The notes beneath the pieces were generated by a model. That model saw only the letters and a list, made by a program, of their open reading frames with translations. It searched no databases and was not told where the DNA came from. Of a stretch of 25,681 bases of DNA, positions 9,030 through 17,223 are shown in pieces. How positions within the stretch are numbered: position 1 is the first letter of the stretch; each line of letters starts with the position of its first letter. The stretch spans positions 1-25,681 of IMG/VR virus record IMGVR_UViG_3300027887_000045. One strand, given 5' to 3'. A program made the position numbers and the translations under genes. The stretch comes from a virus. Taxonomy: Duplodnaviria > Caudoviricetes.

Positions 9030-9602
9030 CTAAGGTTTTAACGATCCATCTCTCAATAAACTTTCTGTCCACCTTTTTCTATAGTCATATCCATTTACAG
9101 CTAATTTAAAAGTGTCAATCCATGCTGAGAGCTCTTTCAACTCAAACTTATGATAGCCAATCCTTACTGGTTTTTTAGATTCAAGTGATCTTTTAGTAGC
9201 CTTATGCGCCTCTTTCAGTAGTTTTAAAGCTGTTCTTTCTTTTTCAATTCCTTGTTCGAATCCTTCTAGGCCACCCAATTCCCAGTTATGAGTTGAAGCT
9301 TTTCCCATTGCTTCACCTGCTAGGAATGTTGCTTCTTCAGCTTTCAAACTTAATTTTTTAGATTCTATTACTTCTGGAGTATCAGTTGGTTTTATGGTTA
9401 GTTTGGGTGCTAGCCCAACCAAACCATTTCCTGCAGTTTTACCTTCACTATTTTTAATGGCATCTTTAGGTTTAGCCCCAGCACTCCCACCACCTTCTCC
9501 ACTACCTCCTACCATTCCGGGTCTGCCAACGTGACCGAAGTTGCCGGAGCCAGGACCGCCTTTCATAATTGTTCCTATTAAATAACCAGTTGAATCTGTC
9601 AT
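9030..9602 (-). CDS. Tagged hypothetical protein
   Basis: MTDSTGYLIGTIMK leader plus full tag. Confidence 0.8.
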   Translation of the reverse strand: MTDSTGYLIGTIMKGGPGSGNFGHVGRPGMVGGSGEGGGSAGAKPKDAIKNSEGKTAGNGLVGLAPKLTIKPTDTPEVIESKKLSLKAEEATFLAGEAMGKASTHNWELGGLEGFEQGIEKERTALKLLKEAHKATKRSLESKKPVRIGYHKFELKELSAWIDTFKLAVNGYDYRKRWTESLLRDGSLKP

Positions 9603-9733
9603 AATAAACCCCTTTGTAGTTAAAAGTTAATATAAATAAGTCTTTTTTCTGTTATAGGGTTGAACTTCAACGATAGAATTTCATCCAAGAATGATGCGTT
9701 TCATTAAAGTCCATATAATCTTATTATTTGCCT

Positions 9734-10261
9734 CTATATGTAACTCTTTTTGTTAGCTTCTTCTTTATGCGCATTTGAACACAAATTATGAAATTCAACA
9801 GAATATTTAAGCAGTTCTGTTGTAATCTTATCCCCAGCTAATTTTGCTGATTGATAAGCTTCTGTATGAGCTTGTGCTGCTATATCATGAGCGGCTGCGG
9901 CAGCTGTATGAGCTTTAGAGCTGCCAGTCTTTTCAGCAATTTGTGAAAGTTTTGAAGCCTTTTTTGATTTGTCAAGTGCATTGTATGCTTCGTCTAAAGC
10001 AACATTAAGCTTTACCTCTCTTTTTGAACCTTCACCCGCTGATGCTCGAGAATATTTTTCTTGAAGTCTGATTACTGCTTGATTTGCATTTACTTCTCCA
10101 GTATATCTTAAATATGGCTTATCTGCTGGTTTAGTTGCAGAACCACCGCCACCTTCTCCAGACCCACCTACTATTCCTGGACGTCCGGTATGACCAAAAT
10201 TCCCAGAGCCTGGCCCACCTTTCATTATAGTTCCTATTAAATAGCCAGTTGAAGATTTCAT
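9734..10261 (-). CDS. Tagged Ala/His-rich helical hypothetical protein
   Basis: MKSSTGYLIGTIMK leader plus tag; AHxxAAxAH helical repeats. Confidence 0.8.
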   Translation of the reverse strand: MKSSTGYLIGTIMKGGPGSGNFGHTGRPGIVGGSGEGGGGSATKPADKPYLRYTGEVNANQAVIRLQEKYSRASAGEGSKREVKLNVALDEAYNALDKSKKASKLSQIAEKTGSSKAHTAAAAAHDIAAQAHTEAYQSAKLAGDKITTELLKYSVEFHNLCSNAHKEEANKKSYI

Positions 10262-10302
10262 TTCTATACCCCTTTAAAATTTATTTAATTGTTCATTTGA
10301 AC

Positions 10303-10378
10303 TTTGAATCATTAATTAAATAAGACTCTTAATTTAAACAAGTTTTGAATCATTAATTAAATATGATCCTTAATTAAA
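10303..10378. repeat. AT-rich direct repeats, 41-bp period
   Basis: tttgaatcattaattaaata at 10303-10322 and 10344-10363, each followed by cttaatt(t)aaa. Confidence 0.8.
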
Positions 10379-10567
10379 TCATTTTGGGAATCCTAATCGT
10401 TCTGAAACGTTTAGGTAGCCCAGCCTGGAAAAATTCTAGGAAAAAGTTAGGTTTGGACGAGTGCAGAACCAAGCCGGGATGGTCCACCTATTCTTTTTGG
10501 TCAAATAAGATTTGGTTGACCCACCGATCTGCAAATAATAAATAATAAATCAAACCTAATGTTCCTG

Positions 10568-12046
10568 TCAATGATTGTATATTCCTCTTTTACTTTCATT
10601 CATTGCTGCTAATGCTGAATCCAATTCACCATCTGACATTCCTGATAAGTCTCCATCTGTAGCTGCTGCTGACAGTGCATTTGCACCAGGTTCTACATTC
10701 CCTCCACTAGGCGACGGGCCTGTGCCTGTAGGAGCGCCTTGAGGTTGTGATCCTAAAGGTGCTATACCAGGTCCAGTAAGCGGCTTATCTCCCCATTCTA
10801 CTGAACTCATACCCAGTTTCTCTCTTTCTTCATTGATTGATGACATATATGAACCTAATCTCCTTTGTCTTTCTGCTGCTTCAAACTCTCTATCTTCAGG
10901 TACAGAGCTATCATAAGCTACAAACAGGCTTTCACCATCATCATACATTGGCATAATTCTTTCATTAATCTTTTCTTCTAATCTTCTTAATCTTGGCTCT
11001 ATAGTATCTTGTGCATATTGCTTTTCACCTGCATAAGCATTAGCCAAATTGACTTGTTCAGTAGTAAGCTTACTTAATGGTACTCCAAATGCTGCTGCAA
11101 TCTCTTCTCTATTAAGCTTTCGTCCTACTACATAGTTCATCTCTTTAGGCGTAAAGGTAATTGGCTGATACTTCAATCCTTTCTCTAATATAAGGGTCTT
11201 GCCTGCTTTACTTTCATCTCCATATCTTTGCTTCCATTGATCTCTTAATCTTTCAAACTCTCTTTCAGAAAGGTTCTGTTCAGTTTGAAGAACACCATCT
11301 GGTTTTCCACCACTACTGAGCAGGGCTGTATCGTATCGTCTTATATTCTGATCTACTATATACGTTTCAAATACTGCAGAAAGAGGGCCAGTGCCATATA
11401 ACTGGCTTAATGGACTACTGAACTTATAATGTATGATCTCATCGTAATCAAATGGAACCTTTCTTGCTCCAAATTCAAAGACATAGCCATATATAAGTGT
11501 TTCTTTAGATGTTACTACCTTCATATATTGTGGTGGTATAGGCCAGATCTGTGAAGGCGTACCCAGTTTGTCCTTTATTATATACCAATATGAATTACCG
11601 GTAAGTTCTAAGAACAGTTGAGTCATGTCCCATAAATCAAATCTGCTCTGCATTGGGTTTACTCGCTCTAATAAATCTAAGAAAGGATGCTCTAATACTT
11701 CTTCTACTTCTACTGCATCTGCTATTTTTTTTGTAAGTATGCTGTTTGATTGCAGACGTTTCATTGTATTAAAGTCTATAGATTTAGTCTTTACTATAAA
11801 CTTCTGCTTTTTGCTCTTTTTTTTAGCATATAAACGTATAGGTACATTTGCTACAGAATTACTGTTTTTATTTGCACATATATATACCCAACTCTTATAA
11901 GCATTAACCATAGCTGTAAAATCAGAAGGTAAAGGAATAACATTCTGGAAAGTGTAGTAGGGCATGTAAACTCCTCTTACTCTAGGATCGTCTATTGTTT
12001 CTTCCTCTGCTTTTGCTTTATTAATTTCGTATCCAAATATCTTCAT
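10568..12046 (-). CDS. Phage portal protein, HK97 family
   Basis: WVYIC, HPFLDLL..NP, LELTGNSYW, EIIHYK, G.GPL, IAAAFGVP, INEERE.LG motifs; follows TerL. Confidence 0.93.
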   Translation of the reverse strand: MKIFGYEINKAKAEEETIDDPRVRGVYMPYYTFQNVIPLPSDFTAMVNAYKSWVYICANKNSNSVANVPIRLYAKKKSKKQKFIVKTKSIDFNTMKRLQSNSILTKKIADAVEVEEVLEHPFLDLLERVNPMQSRFDLWDMTQLFLELTGNSYWYIIKDKLGTPSQIWPIPPQYMKVVTSKETLIYGYVFEFGARKVPFDYDEIIHYKFSSPLSQLYGTGPLSAVFETYIVDQNIRRYDTALLSSGGKPDGVLQTEQNLSEREFERLRDQWKQRYGDESKAGKTLILEKGLKYQPITFTPKEMNYVVGRKLNREEIAAAFGVPLSKLTTEQVNLANAYAGEKQYAQDTIEPRLRRLEEKINERIMPMYDDGESLFVAYDSSVPEDREFEAAERQRRLGSYMSSINEEREKLGMSSVEWGDKPLTGPGIAPLGSQPQGAPTGTGPSPSGGNVEPGANALSAAATDGDLSGMSDGELDSALAAMNESKRGIYNH

Positions 12047-12061
12047 GGCTTTGTTTCCTTT

Positions 12062-12250
12062 TTAATTTCTGCTAAAGTAACAAACAGGTTTATTTTGGGA
12101 TAAAGCTCCATTATGATCCTTATACCAGTCAAAGAGTCCATCTATAGCATGACCATCTTGATTCTGTTCTCTTTCTTGTTTTAATTTACTTGTTATTACA
12201 GAATCATTTCTAAATAACTTTCCTGCTAAATATCCAGTGCTCTCTCCCAT
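12062..12250 (-). CDS. Small protein with the STGYLxG leader but no tag
   Basis: Likely start MGESTGYLAG (ATG 12248-12250, SD AGGGG), between terL and portal. Confidence 0.6.
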   Translation of the reverse strand: MGESTGYLAGKLFRNDSVITSKLKQEREQNQDGHAIDGLFDWYKDHNGALSQNKPVCYFSRN

Positions 12251-12261
12251 TTGTTCTGCCC

Positions 12262-13599
12262 CTACAATACTCTTATATTTACTGTATTTCCCCAACTCAG
12301 ACTATGTGAATAGATTGCATATCTTATAGAGTCCATACAGTGATCATTAAACTTGATGGGTTCTTCCAATACCCTCCCATTCCTGTCTACTCTATAACTA
12401 TACCCTCTCAATTCTTTTATTACATTGTCAGAATCGTCCTTTACTCTCAGCTTACACCTCTTCACATAATCGATTCCGTCTTTAACGTTTTTGTCTGCAC
12501 TTTTAACCCAGAACCCTGCATCAATAAGCTCTTGAATTCTTTGGGGTTCTGCACCATCTGCATAAATTGGGCATTGTAATATTTCGTCCTCTGTCAATAT
12601 TTGATGCATACGTTTAATAAGTGCTGAATTTGTCAATCCTGTTTCATATAACCTCTGTTCTACTCCTACTTCATAACTATCTATATTGCATTTTATTAAA
12701 GATGTAGGATTATTGTATCCAAAGTCTAAACCAAACACTCCTTCTCCTTCTATCAGATAAGGGACTGAAATCCAGTTTTTAAATATCAGATGATCAAGTT
12801 TCCCCCACTCTCCTTTTGCAAATATTCTATAATAATTTGGGTCTTGAAACTGGAGGCTTTCTATTGTTCTTCTATAATCGTCTGTCAGAAATGGGTTATA
12901 TAAATAAGTGCTGGGGATCTCTTTTACATCTTCTGTTTTTTTGTCTATTAGGTTTGTTTTTATCCAGTGGTACTCATCGATTGGATTGAAACTCATAAAC
13001 AGTCTGTTTCTTTGCCAGCCATAAGTTATTGGAGCCCTTAAATTCATCAGTAAGTTCATATAATCGTTATATTCAAACTCGGTTGCTTCTTCTAGCCAGA
13101 TCATATTCCAATCAGATGACTTTACTTTTTCTGGATCATCTAAACCTGCAAAATGTATAAGTCCTTTTACAGGGCTCCACATAAACTTATCTACTTTTTG
13201 TTCGAAGACCTTATTCCATAATCCATAAGAATCTATTATGCCTTTTACTAATGGCATTACTGATAATCTTAAACTTGGTTGTGTTTTTCTTGCTATAAGG
13301 ATTTTTACATTAGGGATCGTAAAAAAATATTCTATCATTGACTGAGCAATTGAATGGCTTTTGGAACTACCACGTCCACCTCTATTTATGACTGTTTGTT
13401 CTGCAGTATTTCTATTGAGATCTAATACTACAGTACTTTTTATTGCTAATTTGTCAGAATCTTTTTTTGGTCTTCCAGATAAGTTTGATTTAGTAGGAAT
13501 TTTTAATGATACTGTTCCTTTTGGTCTGCCTTTAGGTCTTTTAGGCGGTTTTATTTTTTCAGCTAATGTAGATGATGGCTTACCTATTTGTTGTAGCAT
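12262..13599 (-). CDS. terL: Terminase large subunit, PBSX family
   Basis: GGRGSSKS Walker A, WLEEATE Walker B, SFNP, GLDFG and DHCMDSIRYA nuclease motifs. Confidence 0.95.
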   Translation of the reverse strand: MLQQIGKPSSTLAEKIKPPKRPKGRPKGTVSLKIPTKSNLSGRPKKDSDKLAIKSTVVLDLNRNTAEQTVINRGGRGSSKSHSIAQSMIEYFFTIPNVKILIARKTQPSLRLSVMPLVKGIIDSYGLWNKVFEQKVDKFMWSPVKGLIHFAGLDDPEKVKSSDWNMIWLEEATEFEYNDYMNLLMNLRAPITYGWQRNRLFMSFNPIDEYHWIKTNLIDKKTEDVKEIPSTYLYNPFLTDDYRRTIESLQFQDPNYYRIFAKGEWGKLDHLIFKNWISVPYLIEGEGVFGLDFGYNNPTSLIKCNIDSYEVGVEQRLYETGLTNSALIKRMHQILTEDEILQCPIYADGAEPQRIQELIDAGFWVKSADKNVKDGIDYVKRCKLRVKDDSDNVIKELRGYSYRVDRNGRVLEEPIKFNDHCMDSIRYAIYSHSLSWGNTVNIRVL

Positions 13600-14228
13600 T
13601 ATAAATTTTCTGCCTTTTTGTTTTCTGTCTCTTCTACTGTTTTTTCCTCTAAAGTCTTTTTAGCTGCTGGATCAATAATGATTGCATCTTCTGGAACAAT
13701 TTTAAAGCCAACTGGCAAAACCGTCTGATAAGAAAACTGTACTGGCTGCTCGTCTTCATTGATTGGAGGCCCATCTTCAATCCAGCCTCTATGACGACCT
13801 TTACACTTCAAATGGAATATTATAGCAGATCTGTCTCCTGCTAATATTAAGTCTCTTAATTGATTTTCGCTTAGATCTAAAAGGGCTTCTGAAGAATCTT
13901 TGATGAGGTCTTTAAGTTTTGGATTTGCTTTTATTATTTTTACTATACGGCCATAAGAACAATTCAGCTTAATAGCTGTTTTCATAATATAGCCATCACA
14001 ATCTATAATGGTTTGGGCAACTGTTTCTGCAGATAAGTTTTTTAATTTTTCCTTTGTTATCTTTACTTTATATTCTTTAAGCTTCTCTTTTTTTATTCTT
14101 TCAAAAGTAGCAATTGTATCTTCAGTATTACTGTTCTTAAGCTTATCTCCACCAAACGTTCCTTGAATCACAGAAAGTGGAGGTTTCTTCTGATTTGATC
14201 CTTTTCCATTACGTCTGTTTAATGCCAT
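13599..14228 (-). CDS. terS: Terminase small subunit (putative)
   Basis: Overlaps terL start (TAATG); HTH-like middle; GDRSAIIFHLKCKGRHRGW motif. Confidence 0.75.
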   Translation of the reverse strand: MALNRRNGKGSNQKKPPLSVIQGTFGGDKLKNSNTEDTIATFERIKKEKLKEYKVKITKEKLKNLSAETVAQTIIDCDGYIMKTAIKLNCSYGRIVKIIKANPKLKDLIKDSSEALLDLSENQLRDLILAGDRSAIIFHLKCKGRHRGWIEDGPPINEDEQPVQFSYQTVLPVGFKIVPEDAIIIDPAAKKTLEEKTVEETENKKAENL

Positions 14229-14295
14229 AAATCTCTACTCCTTTTAAGCAACTGTATAATAGTATATAATCTTTTTAAAAGGAATAGAGATTTAT
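14227..14295 (-). promoter_or_regulatory. 21-bp hairpin occluding the terS SD and start, with a -10-like element in the loop
   Basis: Arms 14227-14247 and 14275-14295 are reverse complements with one G-U; loop has TATACT (minus strand, 14261-14266). Confidence 0.75.
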
Positions 14296-14359
14296 TTTAT
14301 CACATATTTATTTATATATATTTTGTATTTAATTACAGTATTTTTTTATGGCTTTTTGG

Positions 14360-14566
14360 TCAATTTTCATCCTCTTTTAGTTTATTTTTCCTACGTTTTC
14401 GATACATAAAATCAACAGTATTGCCAGAAGCATCTGATATAAATATGACCATTCCAGGTTTAATGTTTCTCCTCATTTCTGCTTTTACTGTTTTAATATC
14501 ATTAAATTCTTTTTGGCAGTCTATCAAATTTTTCCCTTCTGGCAATATCTGCAATTTATATAACAT
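14360..14566 (-). CDS. Hypothetical protein
   Basis: 68-aa ORF with upstream SD AGGAG. Confidence 0.6.
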   Translation of the reverse strand: MLYKLQILPEGKNLIDCQKEFNDIKTVKAEMRRNIKPGMVIFISDASGNTVDFMYRKRRKNKLKEDEN

Positions 14567-14602
14567 TTCAATAATTATTCTCCTGCTGTTTAAAAATATA
14601 TT

Positions 14603-14779
14603 ACGATACTGTCACAGAACAAACACATCACTTGACCATTACAAAACTGGACTCTACCTAACCATAACTTTACCTCAATTTATCATACTATACCAAAACA
14701 AAAAGTTACCACACCTCACTGTAAAATACCACTACACTACTGTACATTACGGAACTTAATTTTACAATGCCATTACTTT
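14603..14779 (-). ncRNA. Pentamer-periodic (NNNGU) tract; candidate guide-RNA array for the Cas7-like protein
   Basis: Plus-strand AC at 28 of 34 register positions spaced 5 nt apart, with occasional 6-nt steps; starts ~10 nt after the Cas7-like stop codon. Confidence 0.75.
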
Positions 14780-14789
14780 GATTTAAATA

Positions 14790-15443
14790 TTATATTGTTT
14801 CAGTTGCTATATAGCGGCCATAACCACCAGAACCTCTCCATTGACCAAGACCATAAAGTTTGCTATAATCAAGAGCTTTGCGAATGAGATCCATGTCAAA
14901 ATCTTTGTTTTTAAGAAGTGTTACTTCAAAACTAAATTTTGTTCCTATTTTAACAATTTCTGATGTAGCTGGAACTGTTACTTGTGCCATTCTTCCTTCA
15001 ATCTTAGTCCAGATTCTAATAATTCTTTCTACATTTCCTTGTGATATTTCGATAAGGTTTTCCTCTGATGTATAAAATCTTATTTCTCTTGGCGTTATAA
15101 ATAACCATTTATCCAGATGCGATTTATAACTGCTGATTTTTGGAATTTGACCAGATTGCATTAAACTTTCAATATTTGATTTAATATTTCCTTTAATCAT
15201 ATAGTCATAGATAAATATACTTTTTTCATCACGATGAAATCCAGTACGACCTTTAGTACTTAATTCAGCAACATCTTCTGGAGTAGCTGTCATTTCTGCA
15301 TCTTTATCTACTTCTATACCATTCTTTTCTGCTTTGTCTGCTTTCTTAAGAACAATAGTCTCAAATATAGACCTATCTTTTGGAATTGTTCCAAGCATCT
15401 CACTTGTAAATTCTGCATTCCAATTTGTTTTTATAAGATCCAT
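14790..15443 (-). CDS. Stand-alone Cas7/RAMP-like protein
   Basis: EMLGTIP, TGFHRD, YDYMIKG..K, SEIV..GTKFSFEV and Gly-rich C-terminal loop GLGQWRGSGGYGRY; start MDLIK (SD AAGGAG). Confidence 0.8.
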   Translation of the reverse strand: MDLIKTNWNAEFTSEMLGTIPKDRSIFETIVLKKADKAEKNGIEVDKDAEMTATPEDVAELSTKGRTGFHRDEKSIFIYDYMIKGNIKSNIESLMQSGQIPKISSYKSHLDKWLFITPREIRFYTSEENLIEISQGNVERIIRIWTKIEGRMAQVTVPATSEIVKIGTKFSFEVTLLKNKDFDMDLIRKALDYSKLYGLGQWRGSGGYGRYIATETI

Positions 15444-15630
15444 ATTTTCTCCTTTTTTTAAATTGTTCACATTTAATTGTTATAATATTCATGCCTTGTG
15501 TAACAGAAAGAATAATTTGATTTCTGAATTTATTTATTCTGCAGTTTATATTGATCACACTACTTAATAGATTACTATCATAATAATAGCAATCTATACA
15601 AGTATTATTGATTGTTTTCTGCTTTTTCAT
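15400..15630 (-). CDS. Small Cys-containing hypothetical protein
   Basis: CxxC...C...C ORF bridging the Ro60 and Cas7-like genes. Confidence 0.5.
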   Translation of the reverse strand: MKKQKTINNTCIDCYYYDSNLLSSVININCRINKFRNQIILSVTQGMNIITIKCEQFKKRRKYGSYKNKLECRIYK

Positions 15631-16939
15631 ATTCTCTTATATAATTAACAACGGCTTCCGAGAATCCATCAATATGAACCCATTTACCATATCCAATACC
15701 ATTTTGAGCAGAAGCTATATTTATGAAATAACCTTTTGCTCCATCAATAAGAGTTTGGACATTCTGATGACTCTGCTCATCAGTAATAACAATAATCCTG
15801 TCATAACCCTCTTCTGCAGCAAGCTGTAAAGCATCTTCAGTATTAGTTCCGCCTTTTTCTGCCTTAGAAAACAAAGTATCTCTTAAAGCAAAACCTTTTC
15901 GAGAAGGAATTAAATGAGGGCTATTGCTATAAATAATCACGCTGCATTCTTCACATACTTCCATGAGAAGAATTGCTAATGCAGAAGCAGCTTCAAATCT
16001 GTTAATCTCAGACTTACTTGAAATAGTACTTCCAAACATTGATCCAGACCCATCTACTACAAGCATAGTTTTCCCTTTTAATTTCTCTTCACCACTTATA
16101 CATTTTATCATAATGGGCTCAATCATAGATTCCCATTGGGGGGCATACTTTGCAGCAGTAATGAATCTAAATGGAAGAATCTTGTCTGCTTTCATTTTTG
16201 CTAAACAAGCAAAGACAAGCTTTTTATCAACATTGTTCTCCTTAAAGTTTCTCAAATTTCTTAATAAAGCCATTCCCCCAAGCTTATTTTCTATTAACAG
16301 CCTTTCCCATTTTTCCTTTTTGGTCTTTCCATCCTGTTTAGACAATTCAACTTCCCAAGTATCAGGAACTACAAGATTGTCGTTCTTCAATCTTTCCCAT
16401 AACTTCGCTTGAGCTTCATCACGAGGTTTAGGATGTACAAGTTTCAGAACATCCTTTAACTTTATTTTATCAGCTCTATTGTACTTAGCAAGTTGATATT
16501 CATTGAACTTACCAAATGCAGCAGAAAGACCTTTCTTGACCTGAGCAGACAATGGCTGTCTTTTTTCTTTCCAGTAAATAGCAAGGAATTCCGTTAGCTC
16601 ATCCGGCCGTTGAATCACCTCAGCTAATATATCTTTGACATAGTTTCGATACCCAAACAACCTTGCCATTTCTCTTGCAATAAACAGAGGCACATGCCTA
16701 AGGTGTGATTTATTCCTCGCATCATTAGCAATCTGTGCAACCTTCTCAGGTTTCACCAAAGGTATAAATTTTGCTATCCTCTTGGATATCGCTTCTCCAG
16801 ACTCATAAAATTCATCTTCCCATAGCATACAGGACATTACTGATCTTTTCAGTTGCTGTTCCGGGTTGATATGAACTGCTTTACCACCTTCATGAGTATA
16901 AATAGGTTGTTGTTTCACTTTAACATTTATTTTCGCCAT
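15605..16939 (-). CDS. rsr: Ro60/TROVE-domain RNA-binding protein with vWA domain
   Basis: THEGG, FYESG, QRPDEL, YQLAKY, TWEVELS, MALLRNLRN, PFRF, vWA DGSGSM and ITDEQ. Confidence 0.95.
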   Translation of the reverse strand: MAKINVKVKQQPIYTHEGGKAVHINPEQQLKRSVMSCMLWEDEFYESGEAISKRIAKFIPLVKPEKVAQIANDARNKSHLRHVPLFIAREMARLFGYRNYVKDILAEVIQRPDELTEFLAIYWKEKRQPLSAQVKKGLSAAFGKFNEYQLAKYNRADKIKLKDVLKLVHPKPRDEAQAKLWERLKNDNLVVPDTWEVELSKQDGKTKKEKWERLLIENKLGGMALLRNLRNFKENNVDKKLVFACLAKMKADKILPFRFITAAKYAPQWESMIEPIMIKCISGEEKLKGKTMLVVDGSGSMFGSTISSKSEINRFEAASALAILLMEVCEECSVIIYSNSPHLIPSRKGFALRDTLFSKAEKGGTNTEDALQLAAEEGYDRIIVITDEQSHQNVQTLIDGAKGYFINIASAQNGIGYGKWVHIDGFSEAVVNYIREYEKAENNQ

Positions 16940-16978
16940 ATTTATTTCTCCTTCTTTGATTAAGATTAAATTGTTTTA

Positions 16979-17054
16979 TGGTCGGAGTGAAAGGTTTTGA
17001 ACCTTCGACCTTCTGGTCCCAAGCCAGACGCTCCGCCAACTGAGCTACACTCCG
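16979..17054 (-). tRNA. tRNA-Pro(UGG)
   Basis: 76 nt; acceptor CGGAGTG/CACTCCG, anticodon arm TCTGG-CTTGGGA-CCAGA, T loop TTCAAAA, encoded CCA. Confidence 0.95.
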
Positions 17055-17066
17055 ATCTAACAAAAA

Positions 17067-17140
17067 ACCATCGAAGAATTAATCGAATAGGGTATCTCTT
17101 TTTTCAGGTTGAAGTAACCCTATCCTTCACTATCGATGGC
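17067..17140 (-). ncRNA. Short Y-RNA-like hairpin (no tRNA-like domain)
   Basis: Terminal stem CCATCGA/TCGATGG; 5' AGTGAAGG..GGGTTACTTCA shared with neighbours. Confidence 0.7.
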
Positions 17141-17147
17141 TTATATT

Positions 17148-17215
17148 AAATCGAGGAATAGCAATTAAGGTATTTTTCCAAAAATGAAGTAACCCTAATA
17201 ATTCACCATCGATTT
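17148..17215 (-). ncRNA. Short Y-RNA-like hairpin (no tRNA-like domain)
   Basis: Terminal stem AAATCGA/TCGATTT; TGGTGAA..GGGTTACTTCA and 3' TATTCCT. Confidence 0.7.
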
Positions 17216-17223
17216 TTATTTAT

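Larger units (their letters stand above)
1..10222 (-). repeat. Dispersed ~87-bp in-frame repeat encoding K-GGPGSGNFGHxGRPGxxGGSGEGGG, 12 copies
   Basis: Copies at 1-57 (partial), 961-1047, 1653-1739, 2748-2834, 4081-4167, 5175-5261, 5751-5837, 6770-6829 (degenerate), 7276-7362, 7812-7898, 9477-9563, 10136-10222; core ccaacgtgaccgaagtt is identical in 9 copies. Confidence 0.97.

Noticed and set aside
1-10222. Tag repeats as a CRISPR array, integron attC sites or DGR template/variable repeats
   Set aside because: Repeats are in-frame coding, hundreds of bases apart, vary mostly synonymously, and no integrase, Cas1 or reverse transcriptase is in the window.
14421-14759. Plus-strand 112-aa ORF across the pentamer tract
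   Set aside because: Antisense to the operon; the 5-nt periodicity is not a codon pattern.
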